DNA from: Thermoplasmata archaeon
GTDB lineage: Archaea > Thermoplasmatota > Thermoplasmata > RBG-16-68-12 > JAJISG01
Direction of reading: 5' to 3'
Assembly: GCA_046758325.1 (NCBI GenBank)
Contig: JBHHZZ010000001.1
Span: 17,016-81,015 of the forward strand
DNA: 64,000 bases
Shown here: piece after piece, positions 27,891-37,928 of the stretch
Layout of the letters: each line of letters opens with the position of its first letter
Position numbering within the stretch: position 1 is the stretch's first letter
Made by a program: the position numbers and the translations under genes
Notes under the pieces: model-generated
Seen by the model: the letters and a program-made list of their open reading frames with translations, nothing else
What the model was told of the DNA's origin: nothing
Databases searched by the model: none

Positions 27891-28847
27891 CTACTTCCAC
27901 AGATCCGGGTAGGTGCCGGGATTCATGAGGACCCTCTCCAGTCCCACGGCCACACCGCTGCCGGCGGACAACATCTGCTCTGAGTTCATCTGGGCGGCTC
28001 CCAGGGCCACCACCTCTCCCTTCCGCGTGAATATGGCCACCAGGTCCCCTCTGGTGATCCCTGAGTCGATCTCCATGATGCCCGGAGCGGCCAGGCTGGC
28101 CCCGTGACAGAGAGCCCCCACGGCCGTATCCTTCACCACCACCTTCCTCAAGTGCCTCAGCAGGTCTTCCATGGGCCTGACAATCTTACGGAACCCTGTC
28201 TCATCCCCCTCTTCCTTCCAGAAGACGAAGGCGTCCCTCAGGTCGTTCAGGGATACCGCATCTTCCTCCGTGATACCCGCCGTCCTGGTCCTCCTGAGAT
28301 CCTGCATGTGCCCTCCTACGCCGAGAGCCTCGCCCAGGTCAACACAGAGGGTCCTGATGTACGTTCCAGACTCACAGCAGACCCTGAAGAGGTAGTCCCT
28401 TCCCAACCGGTCCAGGATCTCCATCTCGTAGATCCGGCGGACCCTGAGTTCCCTCTTGACGGCAGCCCTTACCGGGGGCATCTGATATATCTCGCCCACG
28501 AACTCCTCCATGACCTCCCTGACCCTCTCCTCGGGGACGTCTTGGTGCAGTCTAAGGACCGCCACATACTCCTTGTCCCCCACATGGAGGGCGTCTAGGG
28601 CCCTTACCGCATCGCTGAGGGCTATCGGGAGGACGCCTGTGACCCTGGGATCCAGCGTACCGCCGTGGGCTGTCTTTCGAAGGCCCAGGAGGTCCCTGAC
28701 CCAGGCAGAGACCTGGTGAGATGTGGGGCCCTGGGGCTTATCCACGACCACCATCCCTGCATCGAGGAGCTCCTCGAGGCTCCGTTCCTCAGGTCTCTTC
28801 CCATACCTGGATTTGCTGAGGTCTTCCACCTTGACGAAGGGGGTCAC
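27891..28847 (-). CDS. cbf5: H/ACA RNP pseudouridine synthase Cbf5 (TruB family plus PUA)
   Basis: VVDKPQGPTSHQV...HGGTLDP core and a C-terminal PUA domain. Confidence 0.85.
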   Translation of the reverse strand: MTPFVKVEDLSKSRYGKRPEERSLEELLDAGMVVVDKPQGPTSHQVSAWVRDLLGLRKTAHGGTLDPRVTGVLPIALSDAVRALDALHVGDKEYVAVLRLHQDVPEERVREVMEEFVGEIYQMPPVRAAVKRELRVRRIYEMEILDRLGRDYLFRVCCESGTYIRTLCVDLGEALGVGGHMQDLRRTRTAGITEEDAVSLNDLRDAFVFWKEEGDETGFRKIVRPMEDLLRHLRKVVVKDTAVGALCHGASLAAPGIMEIDSGITRGDLVAIFTRKGEVVALGAAQMNSEQMLSAGSGVAVGLERVLMNPGTYPDLWK

Positions 28848-29389
28848 AGGCCTGTCTCCTTTGTCAGGAGCTCCACCACCTCGGACGGCGTCTTGTCGGA
28901 GGTGTCCACCACGTAGTCGTATACGTCCATGTCCTTCAGATCGATGCCGTATATCTCCCTGTACCTGCGGGCCTCAACGGCCTCCCTCTCCTTCACCTCT
29001 CGGAGGGCCACCTCTTCGGACTTGGTCTCCCTCCCAGATATCCTCTTCACCCTGACCCTGAGGGGGGCGTGCAGCCACACTTTCAAGGTCCTGAGGCCTG
29101 TCTTGTCCAGAAGATGGGCCTGGAGTCGGCCCTCCACCACTACGTCCTCTCCACGAGAGGCGTGCTCCTTGACCATCTGCGCAACCCTCTCATCCAGTCC
29201 GACATCGATGGAGTGGTCCCTCTCAGCCAGCTCGCCAAACTCGTCCAGGGTGAGACCCCTCTCCCGGGCCATCTGCCTGAAAAGGCGTCCGGCAGACACG
29301 AGTTTGAAACCCCTTCTCTTGGCCAGCAGCTCCGCCACGGTGGTCTTGCCACTTCCCGGCGGCCCGCCTATCACGACAGTGGTCGCCAT
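28844..29389 (-). CDS. cmk: Archaeal cytidylate kinase
   Basis: VVIGGPPGSGKTTVAELLAKRRGFKLVSAG. Confidence 0.8.
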   Translation of the reverse strand: MATTVVIGGPPGSGKTTVAELLAKRRGFKLVSAGRLFRQMARERGLTLDEFGELAERDHSIDVGLDERVAQMVKEHASRGEDVVVEGRLQAHLLDKTGLRTLKVWLHAPLRVRVKRISGRETKSEEVALREVKEREAVEARRYREIYGIDLKDMDVYDYVVDTSDKTPSEVVELLTKETGL

Positions 29390-29400
29390 AACGGCTTCCT

Positions 29401-30060
29401 CTAACCCTCCCCCATTTCCCTCAGCTTTCTGCTGAAGGTTATGAACTTGAGCACCCGGGAGAGGACCATGCTCAGCGGCAGGGTCAGGAGGGAGTACAAC
29501 AGGAGCCAGTGGGGCAGCACCGTGGCCTCTCGCAGGAAGGCGTTGTAGGACCAGGGAACGGCGAAGGTGGGTGCCACCCAGGGATTGTACACGAAGCTGC
29601 TGAGCCAGGCGAAGATGATGATGAAGAGTATCATGGTAAAGCCCGTGGGTTTCAGCTGGGCCATCTGCACGGGCAGGAACTCCTTCATGATCTCCGACCT
29701 CGCCTCGTTGAGTTTCTTCATCTTCGCCATGTTCTTCTTGGCCATGGTCTCCCTCATCTCCTTGCTGAGGGCCTTGTTGACGGCGGCCATCTTCGCCGCG
29801 GCTATCCAGTCTACCATGTAGTGACGCAGGAGGGTGGAGATGACGATGGGTATCGTGCCGGCCAGCAGGATGGTGAGGACGGGGAACTCTCCCCCGAAGC
29901 CTATGGCAGGTTCCAGCAGGAAGCCCGCGGCCCTACCCAGGCCTAGACGGGCCTCAGGTATGAAGAGGATGAAGAGGGCCACGAAGAACATGACCATCAT
30001 CAGCATCTGCTGGGATGCCTGAGGTGAGGGTTGAGACTTGTCCGCCATACGCTTCACCAT
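29401..30060 (-). CDS. DUF106 membrane protein (archaeal YidC/Oxa1/EMC3-like)
   Basis: 3-TM protein with a coiled-coil insert, in the conserved position next to cmk. Confidence 0.55.
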   Translation of the reverse strand: MVKRMADKSQPSPQASQQMLMMVMFFVALFILFIPEARLGLGRAAGFLLEPAIGFGGEFPVLTILLAGTIPIVISTLLRHYMVDWIAAAKMAAVNKALSKEMRETMAKKNMAKMKKLNEARSEIMKEFLPVQMAQLKPTGFTMILFIIIFAWLSSFVYNPWVAPTFAVPWSYNAFLREATVLPHWLLLYSLLTLPLSMVLSRVLKFITFSRKLREMGEG

Positions 30061-30090
30061 GGGCGCCGCTCACTTAATCGTTTTGGACGT

Positions 30091-30465
30091 CTAGCCAGCT
30101 CCCGTTCCGGGGGACATTCCCGTCCCGCCGAGGGCCTGGGTGATCTGTTGCTGCATCCTCTCGTACCTCTCCGCCAAGGTCTTCTCCTGCTTCTCGAGCG
30201 TCTTCACCCTGATGGCCAGCGTCTCCCTCTGATCCTCCAGCTCCTTTCGGACCTCGTCCCTCTCTTTCGCCCGGATCAGTAGGCTGCCGATGCTCTTGTA
30301 GATGGGAGCCTCCTCATCCGCCTTTGACAGCTCCTCCAGAGTCACCTGAACCTCCTTCAGCCTGGTCTCCAGCTGAACTCTCTGGGCAGTAATCATCTGG
30401 AGCTGCTGCTGCAGCTGCTGAAACTGGTTGATCTGGTTCTGTAGCTGGGGCGGTATCTCCCTCAT
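30091..30465 (-). CDS. pfdB: Prefoldin beta subunit
   Basis: QLQQQLQMITAQRVQLETRLKE...APIYKSIGSLLI coiled-coil/beta-hairpin pattern. Confidence 0.7.
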   Translation of the reverse strand: MREIPPQLQNQINQFQQLQQQLQMITAQRVQLETRLKEVQVTLEELSKADEEAPIYKSIGSLLIRAKERDEVRKELEDQRETLAIRVKTLEKQEKTLAERYERMQQQITQALGGTGMSPGTGAG

Positions 30466-30695
30466 CCCTTCGCCTCCTCTATCATCTTGAGAGCCGTGGA
30501 GGCCCACCTGAGATATGAGTTCAGGGCCGCCCTCAAGGCGCTAGTGTCCTGGGCGACCACCTCCAAGCGAAACTCGTCCCCCCTGGCATGAAAGGAGATG
30601 CTGGTCCTGGGCAAGGCTCGTGTGGCTTCTGGATTTAGAGAGGCCTCCAGGGTCGCTCCCGCATCTGTCCTCACCCTGACCACGGCCTTCCTCAA
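30462..30695 (-). CDS. pcc1: KEOPS subunit Pcc1-like
   Basis: 77 aa with ...LRAALNSYLRW...; sits in the conserved superoperon slot between rpoP and pfdB. Confidence 0.5.
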   Translation of the reverse strand: MRKAVVRVRTDAGATLEASLNPEATRALPRTSISFHARGDEFRLEVVAQDTSALRAALNSYLRWASTALKMIEEAKG

Positions 30696-30830
30696 CTAAC
30701 GCACCTTGATGACCTTCTTTACGTTGGGCCTCTCCTTGTAGAACATCTTGGAACCGCAATGCTCGCACTGTATGCCCACCGTATCGATGTTGGCCCTGAC
30801 GGGCTCCTTGCACACGGCGCACTTGTACAT
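30696..30830 (-). CDS. rpoP: RNA polymerase subunit P (Rpb12/RpoP), 44 aa, absent from the ORF track
   Basis: Reverse translation MYKCAVCKEPVRANIDTVGIQCEHCGSKMFYKERPNVKKVIKVR is a C4 zinc ribbon. Confidence 0.6.
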   Translation of the reverse strand: MYKCAVCKEPVRANIDTVGIQCEHCGSKMFYKERPNVKKVIKVR

Positions 30831-30832
30831 AA

Positions 30833-31129
30833 TCACTCCTCCAGGCCCTCGGGGGCCTCCACATCTTCCAGGGAGATTCTACGGGACACCTGCCGCTTGA
30901 CGGAAGTGGTGACCACCGGTCTGTAAGCGCCACCCGCAAAGGTGTAGTCGCACCTCCTGCACCTCCACACGCCGCTGCTCACCCTCTTCACGGAGGGATG
31001 CCTGCATCGGGGACACGGGTGCCACCGGGACTTCTCCTCCAGGATCTCCCTGATCCTTCGCCTGGCCTTGACGCCATACCGCGGTCCAAGGGACCCCGAG
31101 GGCCCGACCTTTTTCGTCCTTCGAGACAT
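30833..31129 (-). CDS. rpl37ae: Ribosomal protein L37Ae (eL43)
   Basis: CPRCRHPSVKRVSSGVWRCRRCDYTFAGGAY. Confidence 0.8.
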   Translation of the reverse strand: MSRRTKKVGPSGSLGPRYGVKARRRIREILEEKSRWHPCPRCRHPSVKRVSSGVWRCRRCDYTFAGGAYRPVVTTSVKRQVSRRISLEDVEAPEGLEE

Positions 31130-31134
31130 GATCC

Positions 31135-31914
31135 CTAGGCCTCCAAAATGCTCTTCCTCACCTCAGCCCCGATCTTCTGAGACAGGGAGATGACTCGGTT
31201 GACCTCATCAAGGGTAAGGCTGCCCTTTAAACCTTTCTGCATGGCGCGGATGTGGCCCTCCTCATCGGTGGTGACGGTGAGGCGAGCATCGGCAATCCTC
31301 TCCTCATCCAGCGAGGGATCGATGAAGAGGACGTCTCCTATCTTACAGGCCGTTACGGAGACGGGATGGTGGACGACCTCCAGGGGGAAGTCCTCCCCCT
31401 CACCCAGCTTCTTGGAGGCCGGGACGATGGTGTTGGTGAGGGCGGCCAGGGCGCCCGAGCTGCTGGCATCGAAGAGGTTCCCGTCGTAGTCCAGAACATG
31501 GATGTCTATGAAGAGTAACCAGACCTTCTCCCCAGGCTCGATACAGAGCTTCTCCAGGTCCACGGTCCCGGTCTCCCTGATGCCCCTGTCCACCACCCGG
31601 GCCAGCTCGATGGCCTCCGGTCTGGGTGGGCCAGACTCGAAGGTGGGGCTCGCCATAGGGATGAGTTCTGCATTGGTGATCAGCACTCCGGAGTTGGGGG
31701 TGTCGGGATAGGGGTCCCCCAGCTCCAGCTTGACGCCCACCAGGACATCCGTGTTTCCCAGCCTCACGCGGGCGCTTCCCTCGGCGGATTCGACGTAGCC
31801 CTTCTGCACTGTGAGGGGTCTGTAGTCCTCCAGGCCGCGGCCGTCGACGCGTTTGCCGGCGTCGGCCAACTTCTGAATGTGACTCCTCATCAGCTCGTGA
31901 ACCACTTCCACCAT
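31135..31914 (-). CDS. rrp42: Exosome subunit Rrp42 (RNase PH-like)
   Basis: RVDGRGLEDYRPL...GSARVRLGNTDVLVGVK. Confidence 0.8.
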   Translation of the reverse strand: MVEVVHELMRSHIQKLADAGKRVDGRGLEDYRPLTVQKGYVESAEGSARVRLGNTDVLVGVKLELGDPYPDTPNSGVLITNAELIPMASPTFESGPPRPEAIELARVVDRGIRETGTVDLEKLCIEPGEKVWLLFIDIHVLDYDGNLFDASSSGALAALTNTIVPASKKLGEGEDFPLEVVHHPVSVTACKIGDVLFIDPSLDEERIADARLTVTTDEEGHIRAMQKGLKGSLTLDEVNRVISLSQKIGAEVRKSILEA

Positions 31915-31915
31915 C

Positions 31916-32674
31916 TCAGGCCTCCTCCTTCACGGCCTCTTCCAACTCAAGCTCCTCCATAGTGACGGCATACCTCCTCTTGAGGGCGTCCTTCTGCATC
32001 TGGTAGATCTCCTTGCAGGCATCGATGGCCATGCTGAGGCCTCCCTGAAGCTCCTCCACTGAGAGGTCGCCATCCATCTGCAGGAGGACGATCTCCTCCG
32101 TTCGGGGCACGATGGCTATGGGAACGTCCGCCTCGCCGAAGTTGTCCTCCTCCTTGTCCAGATCTAGGACCACGACGCCCTCCACCCTTCCCACGGCACA
32201 GGAGGATACCAGGTCCCTCATCGGGATGCCCGCGTCAGCCAGGGCGACGGCGGCGCAGGTTATGCCGGCGCACCTCGTCCCCGCATCTGCCTGCAGGATC
32301 TCTATGAAGATGTCGATAGTCGTCCTCGGGAACTGCTCCAGGAAGACCACGGAGGAGAAGGCCTCCCCCACGACCTTCGAGATCTCGATGGAGCGGCGGT
32401 CGGGTCCAGGTCTCTTCCTATCGCCGACGGAGAAGGAGGCCATGTTGTAACGGCACTGCACCACGGCCTTGGCCGGGTTCTGCAGGTGCCTAGGATGGCA
32501 CTCCCTGGGTCCGTAGACCGCTGCCATAACCTTGTTCTTTCCCCACTCGACGTAGGCGCTACCGTCGGCGCGCTTCAGCACCCCCGCCTCGATCCTTAAC
32601 GGGCGGAGCTCGTTGGGCTTTCTTCCGTCCAGTCTCAAACCTTTTGAGTCGATCAGCTTGGGCTTTTCTACCAT
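31916..32674 (-). CDS. rrp41: Exosome catalytic subunit Rrp41
   Basis: [13 protein letters not shown]...[13 protein letters not shown]. Confidence 0.85.
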   Translation of the reverse strand: MVEKPKLIDSKGLRLDGRKPNELRPLRIEAGVLKRADGSAYVEWGKNKVMAAVYGPRECHPRHLQNPAKAVVQCRYNMASFSVGDRKRPGPDRRSIEISKVVGEAFSSVVFLEQFPRTTIDIFIEILQADAGTRCAGITCAAVALADAGIPMRDLVSSCAVGRVEGVVVLDLDKEEDNFGEADVPIAIVPRTEEIVLLQMDGDLSVEELQGGLSMAIDACKEIYQMQKDALKRRYAVTMEELELEEAVKEEA

Positions 32675-32690
32675 GACTTACCACCTAAAA

Positions 32691-33380
32691 CTACTCGCTT
32701 TTTCCATACACACTGTCGAGGAAGGCCTTGACCGTCTCCGTAAGGCCCATAACCTGGGCCTGTTCCTCGACCATCTTCACCACGGCCACGGCATTAATCA
32801 TGTCATCGATGCTGCCGTCAATCCAGATTCGGCCGTTCTGGCCCACGAACATCCTACACTTGGTGTAGCTCTTGATCAGGTTGATCATGCTCCCCTTTTT
32901 CCCTATGACCCTCGGGACCTTGGCGTGGGAGATTTCGACGATCTGACCGCCCGTCAGCTTCCTGCTGGTGTGGTCCTTCATCGTGAGGTTCACCCTCTTG
33001 GTCTCGTCCACGCTCAGGACCTTGGCCAGGATGGCGTCCTCGACATCCAGGTAGCGAGCCGTGTCGCCGAAGTCCACCCTCCAAGGCACCTCGTTCACGT
33101 GCATGGGAGCTGGGTAGGGCGAGTCGATGTCCACCACCCAGTAGGTGGGGCCCACGTCCACCACCTTGCCTATGACGGCGTCCCCGGGCCTGGGAATGTA
33201 CCTGCCGCCCAGGGGTATGATATTCACGTATCCCGCCCGCTCGCTCTTTATGCCTAGGAGAGCGGAGTATATGGGGCCCCCCTCGCTGAACGTACCCACG
33301 CCCGGCTTGAGGTCACCACCATCCAGAAGATCTCCGGGAACTACTACTTCCCGCTTGACAGGAGTACCCATTAAACTCAC
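32691..33380 (-). CDS. rrp4: Exosome RNA-binding subunit Rrp4 (S1 plus KH)
   Basis: VVPGDLL... S1 domain and a KH domain (VIGKKGSMINLI). Confidence 0.75.
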   Translation of the reverse strand: MSLMGTPVKREVVVPGDLLDGGDLKPGVGTFSEGGPIYSALLGIKSERAGYVNIIPLGGRYIPRPGDAVIGKVVDVGPTYWVVDIDSPYPAPMHVNEVPWRVDFGDTARYLDVEDAILAKVLSVDETKRVNLTMKDHTSRKLTGGQIVEISHAKVPRVIGKKGSMINLIKSYTKCRMFVGQNGRIWIDGSIDDMINAVAVVKMVEEQAQVMGLTETVKAFLDSVYGKSE

Positions 33381-33407
33381 TCTTTTTCGGAATGATAGGT
33401 ATGCTGC

Positions 33408-34133
33408 TTACTTAAGAATTTTCGTATCAACGTTCCCGTGGGTCCTCTCGTTCAGACGGTCGAGGAACTCCCCCTGGAGGCCAGCGGGGACCTCGACGAC
33501 GCCGATCCAGGAGCCGTCTGCCTGCCACTCCTCCTTCAGAATGGACCCGTAGGAGCGGATCTCTCCATAGCACCTGCCGACGTCCGACGGCATGAGCTTG
33601 ATGGCTATCTTGGCCTTCTCGATCCTGATGGGTATCAAGGGGCGGAGGGCATCTAGGACATGGCCCACCTGCTCCTCCACGGACTTGAAGGGATCCAGGT
33701 TGACCTTCGCCTCCTCCATGGCGAGCTCGATCCTCTGGGGCGGATGGGGGGTTCCCGTCTGCGGGTTGATGGCGTTGGCCGCTATGTAGGAGACTATCCT
33801 CTTCCTCTTGGCCTCCTGCAGGGCCCTCCTCTGCTCGGTGCTGAGATGGATGGTCCCCTTCTTGATGATGATTTCCGCCACCTTGACGGGGTCGCTCGTG
33901 CCGAAGACCTCCTTCATCTTCTCCTCCGACGCCCGGAGGCCCTTCTTCACGTCTCGGAAGATGGCATCGATGGCCAGGCTCTCCACAAGATCTACTTCCT
34001 GACCATCCCTTATCATCTCCACCGCCCGTGGCTTCACCAAGATCTCGAAGGTCTCGCCGCCACTATCGAGGCGGGCGGTCACCATCTCCTTGAAAATCTC
34101 ATCCCTTCGAGTGGTGCGTAGCTCCTTCGGCAT
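33408..34133 (-). CDS. sdo1: Ribosome maturation protein Sdo1/SBDS
   Basis: EIFKEMVTARLDSGGETFEILVKP... Confidence 0.75.
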   Translation of the reverse strand: MPKELRTTRRDEIFKEMVTARLDSGGETFEILVKPRAVEMIRDGQEVDLVESLAIDAIFRDVKKGLRASEEKMKEVFGTSDPVKVAEIIIKKGTIHLSTEQRRALQEAKRKRIVSYIAANAINPQTGTPHPPQRIELAMEEAKVNLDPFKSVEEQVGHVLDALRPLIPIRIEKAKIAIKLMPSDVGRCYGEIRSYGSILKEEWQADGSWIGVVEVPAGLQGEFLDRLNERTHGNVDTKILK

Positions 34134-34141
34134 GGACGCCC

Positions 34142-34861
34142 CTAGGTCTCACTGAGCCTCCTCAGGTAGGCCCCCACCTCTTCCACCGTGAGCCTTCTGA
34201 ACCTCTTGCCAGTCTCCATCAAGCCCACCTCGATGGTGTCGGCCTTCAGCTTCTCATCAGAGGCCTTCTGAAGGGCCTCGAGGCCGAGGAGGATAGCCAC
34301 GTCCTCTTCCATCCCCTCCTGATACTTCTCCTCGAAAACCTCCCTCACCGTGTTGCTTCCAGAGCCTATGCTCCCGGCCTTGTAGGAAACCAGGGCACCG
34401 CTGGGGTCCGTCTCGTACAGGTGCACTCCCTGGTCGTCCACGCCCCCGATGAGGAGGGCGGTCCCGAAGGGCCTCACGCCACCGTACTGGGTGTAGTTCT
34501 GCTTGTAGTCGCACACCCTCTTCACCAGGAGGTCCACGGAGATGGGCTCCCGGTAGGTGACCTTGTTTATCTGAGCCATGATCCTGGCATAGTCCACCAG
34601 TACCCGGGCGTCGGCCACCAAGCCCGAGGTGGCGCAGCCGATGTGATCATCTATCTGGAAGATCTTCTCGATGGAGGAGGACTCCATCAAGCGGCTGCTC
34701 AGTCCCTTGCCCGCTAAGAGGACGACTCCGTCCTTAAACTTCAGCCCGGCCGTGGTCGCTCCCCTAGTAACGGCCACCCTAGCGTACTCCACCTGGAACA
34801 GGCGGCCGTCGGGAGAGAATACGGTAATTGCACGATCGTAGGCCATTTGACCTGGTTGCAT
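34142..34861 (-). CDS. psmA: Proteasome alpha subunit
   Basis: YDRAITVFSPDGRLFQVEYA. Confidence 0.85.
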   Translation of the reverse strand: MQPGQMAYDRAITVFSPDGRLFQVEYARVAVTRGATTAGLKFKDGVVLLAGKGLSSRLMESSSIEKIFQIDDHIGCATSGLVADARVLVDYARIMAQINKVTYREPISVDLLVKRVCDYKQNYTQYGGVRPFGTALLIGGVDDQGVHLYETDPSGALVSYKAGSIGSGSNTVREVFEEKYQEGMEEDVAILLGLEALQKASDEKLKADTIEVGLMETGKRFRRLTVEEVGAYLRRLSET

Positions 34862-34938
34862 TACTTCACCTTGGTCCGACTATCGGCCGCAAAATAATAA
34901 ACCTTCGGTCCAATTATGCGCGGACCGATAACGACACT

Positions 34939-35268
34939 TCAGGGCTGGTTTCCTCCCTGGGATGAGGGGGCCATGTACTTCTTCATCGCCCTTCGGACCG
35001 TCCCCGAGGTTCCCAGCGTCCTTATCCGAACCTCTCGACCCCCAGCCTCCCGGATGGACTGTAGCAGCTGGATGACCTCCTCCTTGTGGATGTGGGAGCA
35101 CCTGACGATGCCTTGACCTCGGCGGAAGAGGACGAGCCAAGGACGAGCGTCCTGGGCGAGGGATGTCGAGGCCTCTTGGAGGGCCTGAATCATCTCCCCC
35201 GTCTCCAGATTCTCCCCGCCCTCCACCTGGAAGACGACGTAGCGATGCCTGCCCACCCTGTCCTTCAC
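34939..35268 (-). CDS. RNase P protein subunit Pop5 (Rpp14)-like
   Basis: RHRYVVFQVEG...LVLFRRGQGIVRCSHIHKEEV. Confidence 0.5.
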   Translation of the reverse strand: MKDRVGRHRYVVFQVEGGENLETGEMIQALQEASTSLAQDARPWLVLFRRGQGIVRCSHIHKEEVIQLLQSIREAGGREVRIRTLGTSGTVRRAMKKYMAPSSQGGNQP

Positions 35269-35299
35269 GACCGTGGTGATCCCAGCACGGAAAAGGAGA

Positions 35300-36424
35300 T
35301 TAACGGATAAGGTCTATCTCCCCCTCCACGATGTGCCCCGTCTCCTTTCCGAGGAGGTGTTCGCCCTCCACCCCTGTCAGAACCACGAGGACGCGGACAT
35401 CCTCCTTCAGGTTGGGATCCACCGAACAACCCCAGATGATGCGGGCCATGCTGTTTATCCTGTCCCCTATGAGTTCGGCCGCTCGCTCGGCCTCGGACAC
35501 CGTCAGGTCGGTGCCGCCGACCACCCGGATGAGGGCCCCACCGACCTGGCTGAGGTTGACCTCTCCCAGGAGGGGTGATTCCAGGGCCTCGGCCACCGCC
35601 ACGTCGATCCTATCCGTCTCGCCTCCACCCTCCCCCATGCCGATCATGGCCACCCCGCCATCCTCGATGATCGTCATGAGGTCGCTGAAGTCGATGTTCA
35701 CCAATCCTGGCCTCGTGACTATCTCGGTCATGCCCTTTATGCTCTGCATGAGGATTTCGTCCGCGACCTTGAAGGCGGCCTCGATGGGCAGCTTTGGGAC
35801 GAGCTCCAGGAGCTTGTCGTTCTCGATGACGGCCGTGGTGTCACAGTAGCGTCGAAGCTTGTCGATGCCGCCGTCAGCGTTATCCCTCCTCATGCCCCCC
35901 TCGGCGGTGAAGGGCATGGTCACCACGCCCATGACGAGGGCGCCAGTCTCCTTCGCCAGTCGCGCAACAACATGAGCGCTACCGGTCCCCGTTCCCCCTC
36001 CAAGGCCCGCCGTCACGAAGACGACGTTGGCTCCCTGCAGGAACGCCCTGATCTCCCCCTCACTCTCCCTAGCCGCCTTCTCACCTATCTCAGGGATGGC
36101 CCCGGCACCCAAACCCCTGGTAATGCGCCGGCCGATGAGCATCTTCTTGGGGGACCTGATATGGAGGAGATGCTTGGCGTCGGTGTTGATGGCGCAAAGC
36201 TGAGCGCCCACTATGCCGGCCTCGCACAGCCTGCTAATGGTGTTGGACCCTCCGCCGCCGCAACCCACAATCTTGATGCTGACGCTCAGGGACTCCACAA
36301 TGCCCCTTAGCTCCTCGTCCTCTTCTGCAATGGGGAGGTTCATGGCCTCGTGAGGCTCTCCCCCTCCGACCCCCTCAAACCTGGCGATGGCCCTGTCGAC
36401 AATGGACTTCATAGAGCATCCCAT
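35300..36424 (-). CDS. ftsZ: Cell division GTPase FtsZ
   Basis: [18 protein letters not shown] tubulin signature. Confidence 0.85.
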   Translation of the reverse strand: MGCSMKSIVDRAIARFEGVGGGEPHEAMNLPIAEEDEELRGIVESLSVSIKIVGCGGGGSNTISRLCEAGIVGAQLCAINTDAKHLLHIRSPKKMLIGRRITRGLGAGAIPEIGEKAARESEGEIRAFLQGANVVFVTAGLGGGTGTGSAHVVARLAKETGALVMGVVTMPFTAEGGMRRDNADGGIDKLRRYCDTTAVIENDKLLELVPKLPIEAAFKVADEILMQSIKGMTEIVTRPGLVNIDFSDLMTIIEDGGVAMIGMGEGGGETDRIDVAVAEALESPLLGEVNLSQVGGALIRVVGGTDLTVSEAERAAELIGDRINSMARIIWGCSVDPNLKEDVRVLVVLTGVEGEHLLGKETGHIVEGEIDLIR

Positions 36425-36476
36425 CCCGTAGGAGGGCCTGATTTCCCTCAGCGTATTTAAAACTAATCAGGTCGAC

Positions 36477-37652
36477 CTACCAGGCGCCCTTGCCACGGCG
36501 GAAGATCGCGGCCGAGGCGGCGGCGGTGACGGCCACCCCAAGGAGGACGTACATGATGACACCTGGCGTAAGCTCCCGGATGGGACCCTCCAACAGCTCC
36601 CCGATGGTGAGTATCTTGGTGGAGAGCTCGGGGATGTAGACCAGGAAGATGATTCCGTTGGGTCCCGTGGCGGCATAGTATCTGGGGGAAGAGGAGGAGG
36701 ATGAGGGAATCTCGTCCGCGTTGTTCGTCCTTTCGACGGGGTTGCCGTCCAGTTCCACAGATAGCCTGTCCATGTCCGCAATCTTGAGGACCTCATGGTG
36801 CAGGTTGATGGCAACCACGATGCCCGGCGATGGGACCGCTGTCTGGGAATCCCGGGAAATTGTGACCTCCACGTTTCCCGCCGCGTCGAGGCTCGACTTC
36901 ACAGATATGTCGGAGTAGAGGACCGCGTCCTCCATGATGCCCCCCTCAAAGGCAACCAGGAAGAGCTCCGCGCCCAGCCTCTGCCGGGCCAAGGCGTTGA
37001 AGACGGTCGCCTGGGCCCAGGAGCCGACCGCCCCTTCATCATCTGCTGGATGGGCCCTGAAGGAGATGACGCTGCCCTGAGACAGGCCGACTCTGACGAC
37101 GTTCGGCTCTACTGAGGTCGTGCTCGACCCGGGCGTGGCGAGCTGACCGCTGAAGCCCGTCCCTGAGACGAGGACGGAATCGCTCTGGAGGGCGAAGAAG
37201 ACGCCTGGAGCGGCTGTGAAGGTGATGCTGAGCTGTTGGGCCATGGAGCGGTAGACGAGGGCCCGGCTGGGATTGTTATGGATACTGACCGATACGTCCG
37301 TACCTTCAAACAAGAGGGCGGGTGACTCTTCAGGTGCTAGGGCCCAAGCTCCAGTCTCCGTGGTGCCTTCGACCTCGACCTGTGCAAACACCTCTGTTGA
37401 CACACCGTCCCTCACGATGCTAAAGGAGGCTAGGCTGCCGTCTGTTCCGAGCATCTCTGCTTCCACGAAGGCGCCCTCGAGAACGCCACCCTCGAACGAG
37501 AGTGGGCCGAACATTCCGACACTTTGGGCTAGATCGAGAGCCTCTTTCCTCCATTCAGCACCGAAAGGTGGCTCGAAGGGGGGCTGAGCCGCGCCTGCCC
37601 CTACGAGTAGGATGACGGATGCGAACACCACTGCCAGGTAGACTCCCCTCAT
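36477..37652 (-). CDS. Secreted surface protein with signal peptide and C-terminal TM anchor
   Basis: N-terminal MRGVYLAVVFASVILLVGAGAAQ; C-terminal IMYVLLGVAVTAAASAAIFRRGK. Confidence 0.5.
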   Translation of the reverse strand: MRGVYLAVVFASVILLVGAGAAQPPFEPPFGAEWRKEALDLAQSVGMFGPLSFEGGVLEGAFVEAEMLGTDGSLASFSIVRDGVSTEVFAQVEVEGTTETGAWALAPEESPALLFEGTDVSVSIHNNPSRALVYRSMAQQLSITFTAAPGVFFALQSDSVLVSGTGFSGQLATPGSSTTSVEPNVVRVGLSQGSVISFRAHPADDEGAVGSWAQATVFNALARQRLGAELFLVAFEGGIMEDAVLYSDISVKSSLDAAGNVEVTISRDSQTAVPSPGIVVAINLHHEVLKIADMDRLSVELDGNPVERTNNADEIPSSSSSSPRYYAATGPNGIIFLVYIPELSTKILTIGELLEGPIRELTPGVIMYVLLGVAVTAAASAAIFRRGKGAW

Positions 37653-37843
37653 TCCACATCACCCTCCGTGGGCCCCCTGGTGGACCACCACGGGAGCTGC
37701 TCGGGGCCCACAGGAAGACGAGCGCCCAGCCCGAGTACGATCTGTCGGGGCCCTTGGTTCGCATCCTCCGGCCCCCTGGAGAATCCGAGAGGATGAGGGG
37801 AGGCCTCCACATCGTCCCCGAGGAGCGCTGTCTCTGCAGGCAC
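37649..37843 (-). CDS. Putative small leaderless ORF (64 aa, Pro/Gly/acidic-rich) coupled by ATGA to the downstream surface protein gene
   Basis: ATG lies about 28-30 nt downstream of the TATA at 37868-37879. Its TGA stop overlaps the ATG of the 36477-37652 gene. Confidence 0.3.
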   Translation of the reverse strand: MPAETALLGDDVEASPHPLGFSRGPEDANQGPRQIVLGLGARLPVGPEQLPWWSTRGPTEGDVE

Positions 37844-37867
37844 ACTGGAGATTACGCGTCCGGGGCC

Positions 37868-37920
37868 TTAAATAGAATTTGGCACAAATCTCGAACCGCT
37901 TCATACGACCATCGAACTCA
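37868..37920 (-). promoter_or_regulatory. Promoter: TATA (ccttaaatagaat) plus two TCGAAC-core boxes 21 nt apart
   Basis: cacaaatcTCGAAcc at 37883-37897 and cgaccaTCGAActca at 37906-37920; same architecture as at 41297-41352 and 42272-42325. Confidence 0.45.
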
Positions 37921-37928
37921 CGTGGCCC

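Noticed and set aside
37555-37904. Arg-rich ORFs 37555-37845 and 37659-37904 on the minus strand
   Set aside because: Low-complexity Arg/Pro/Gly strings in a GC-rich spacer. Only the 37649-37843 frame fits the TATA spacing and ATGA coupling
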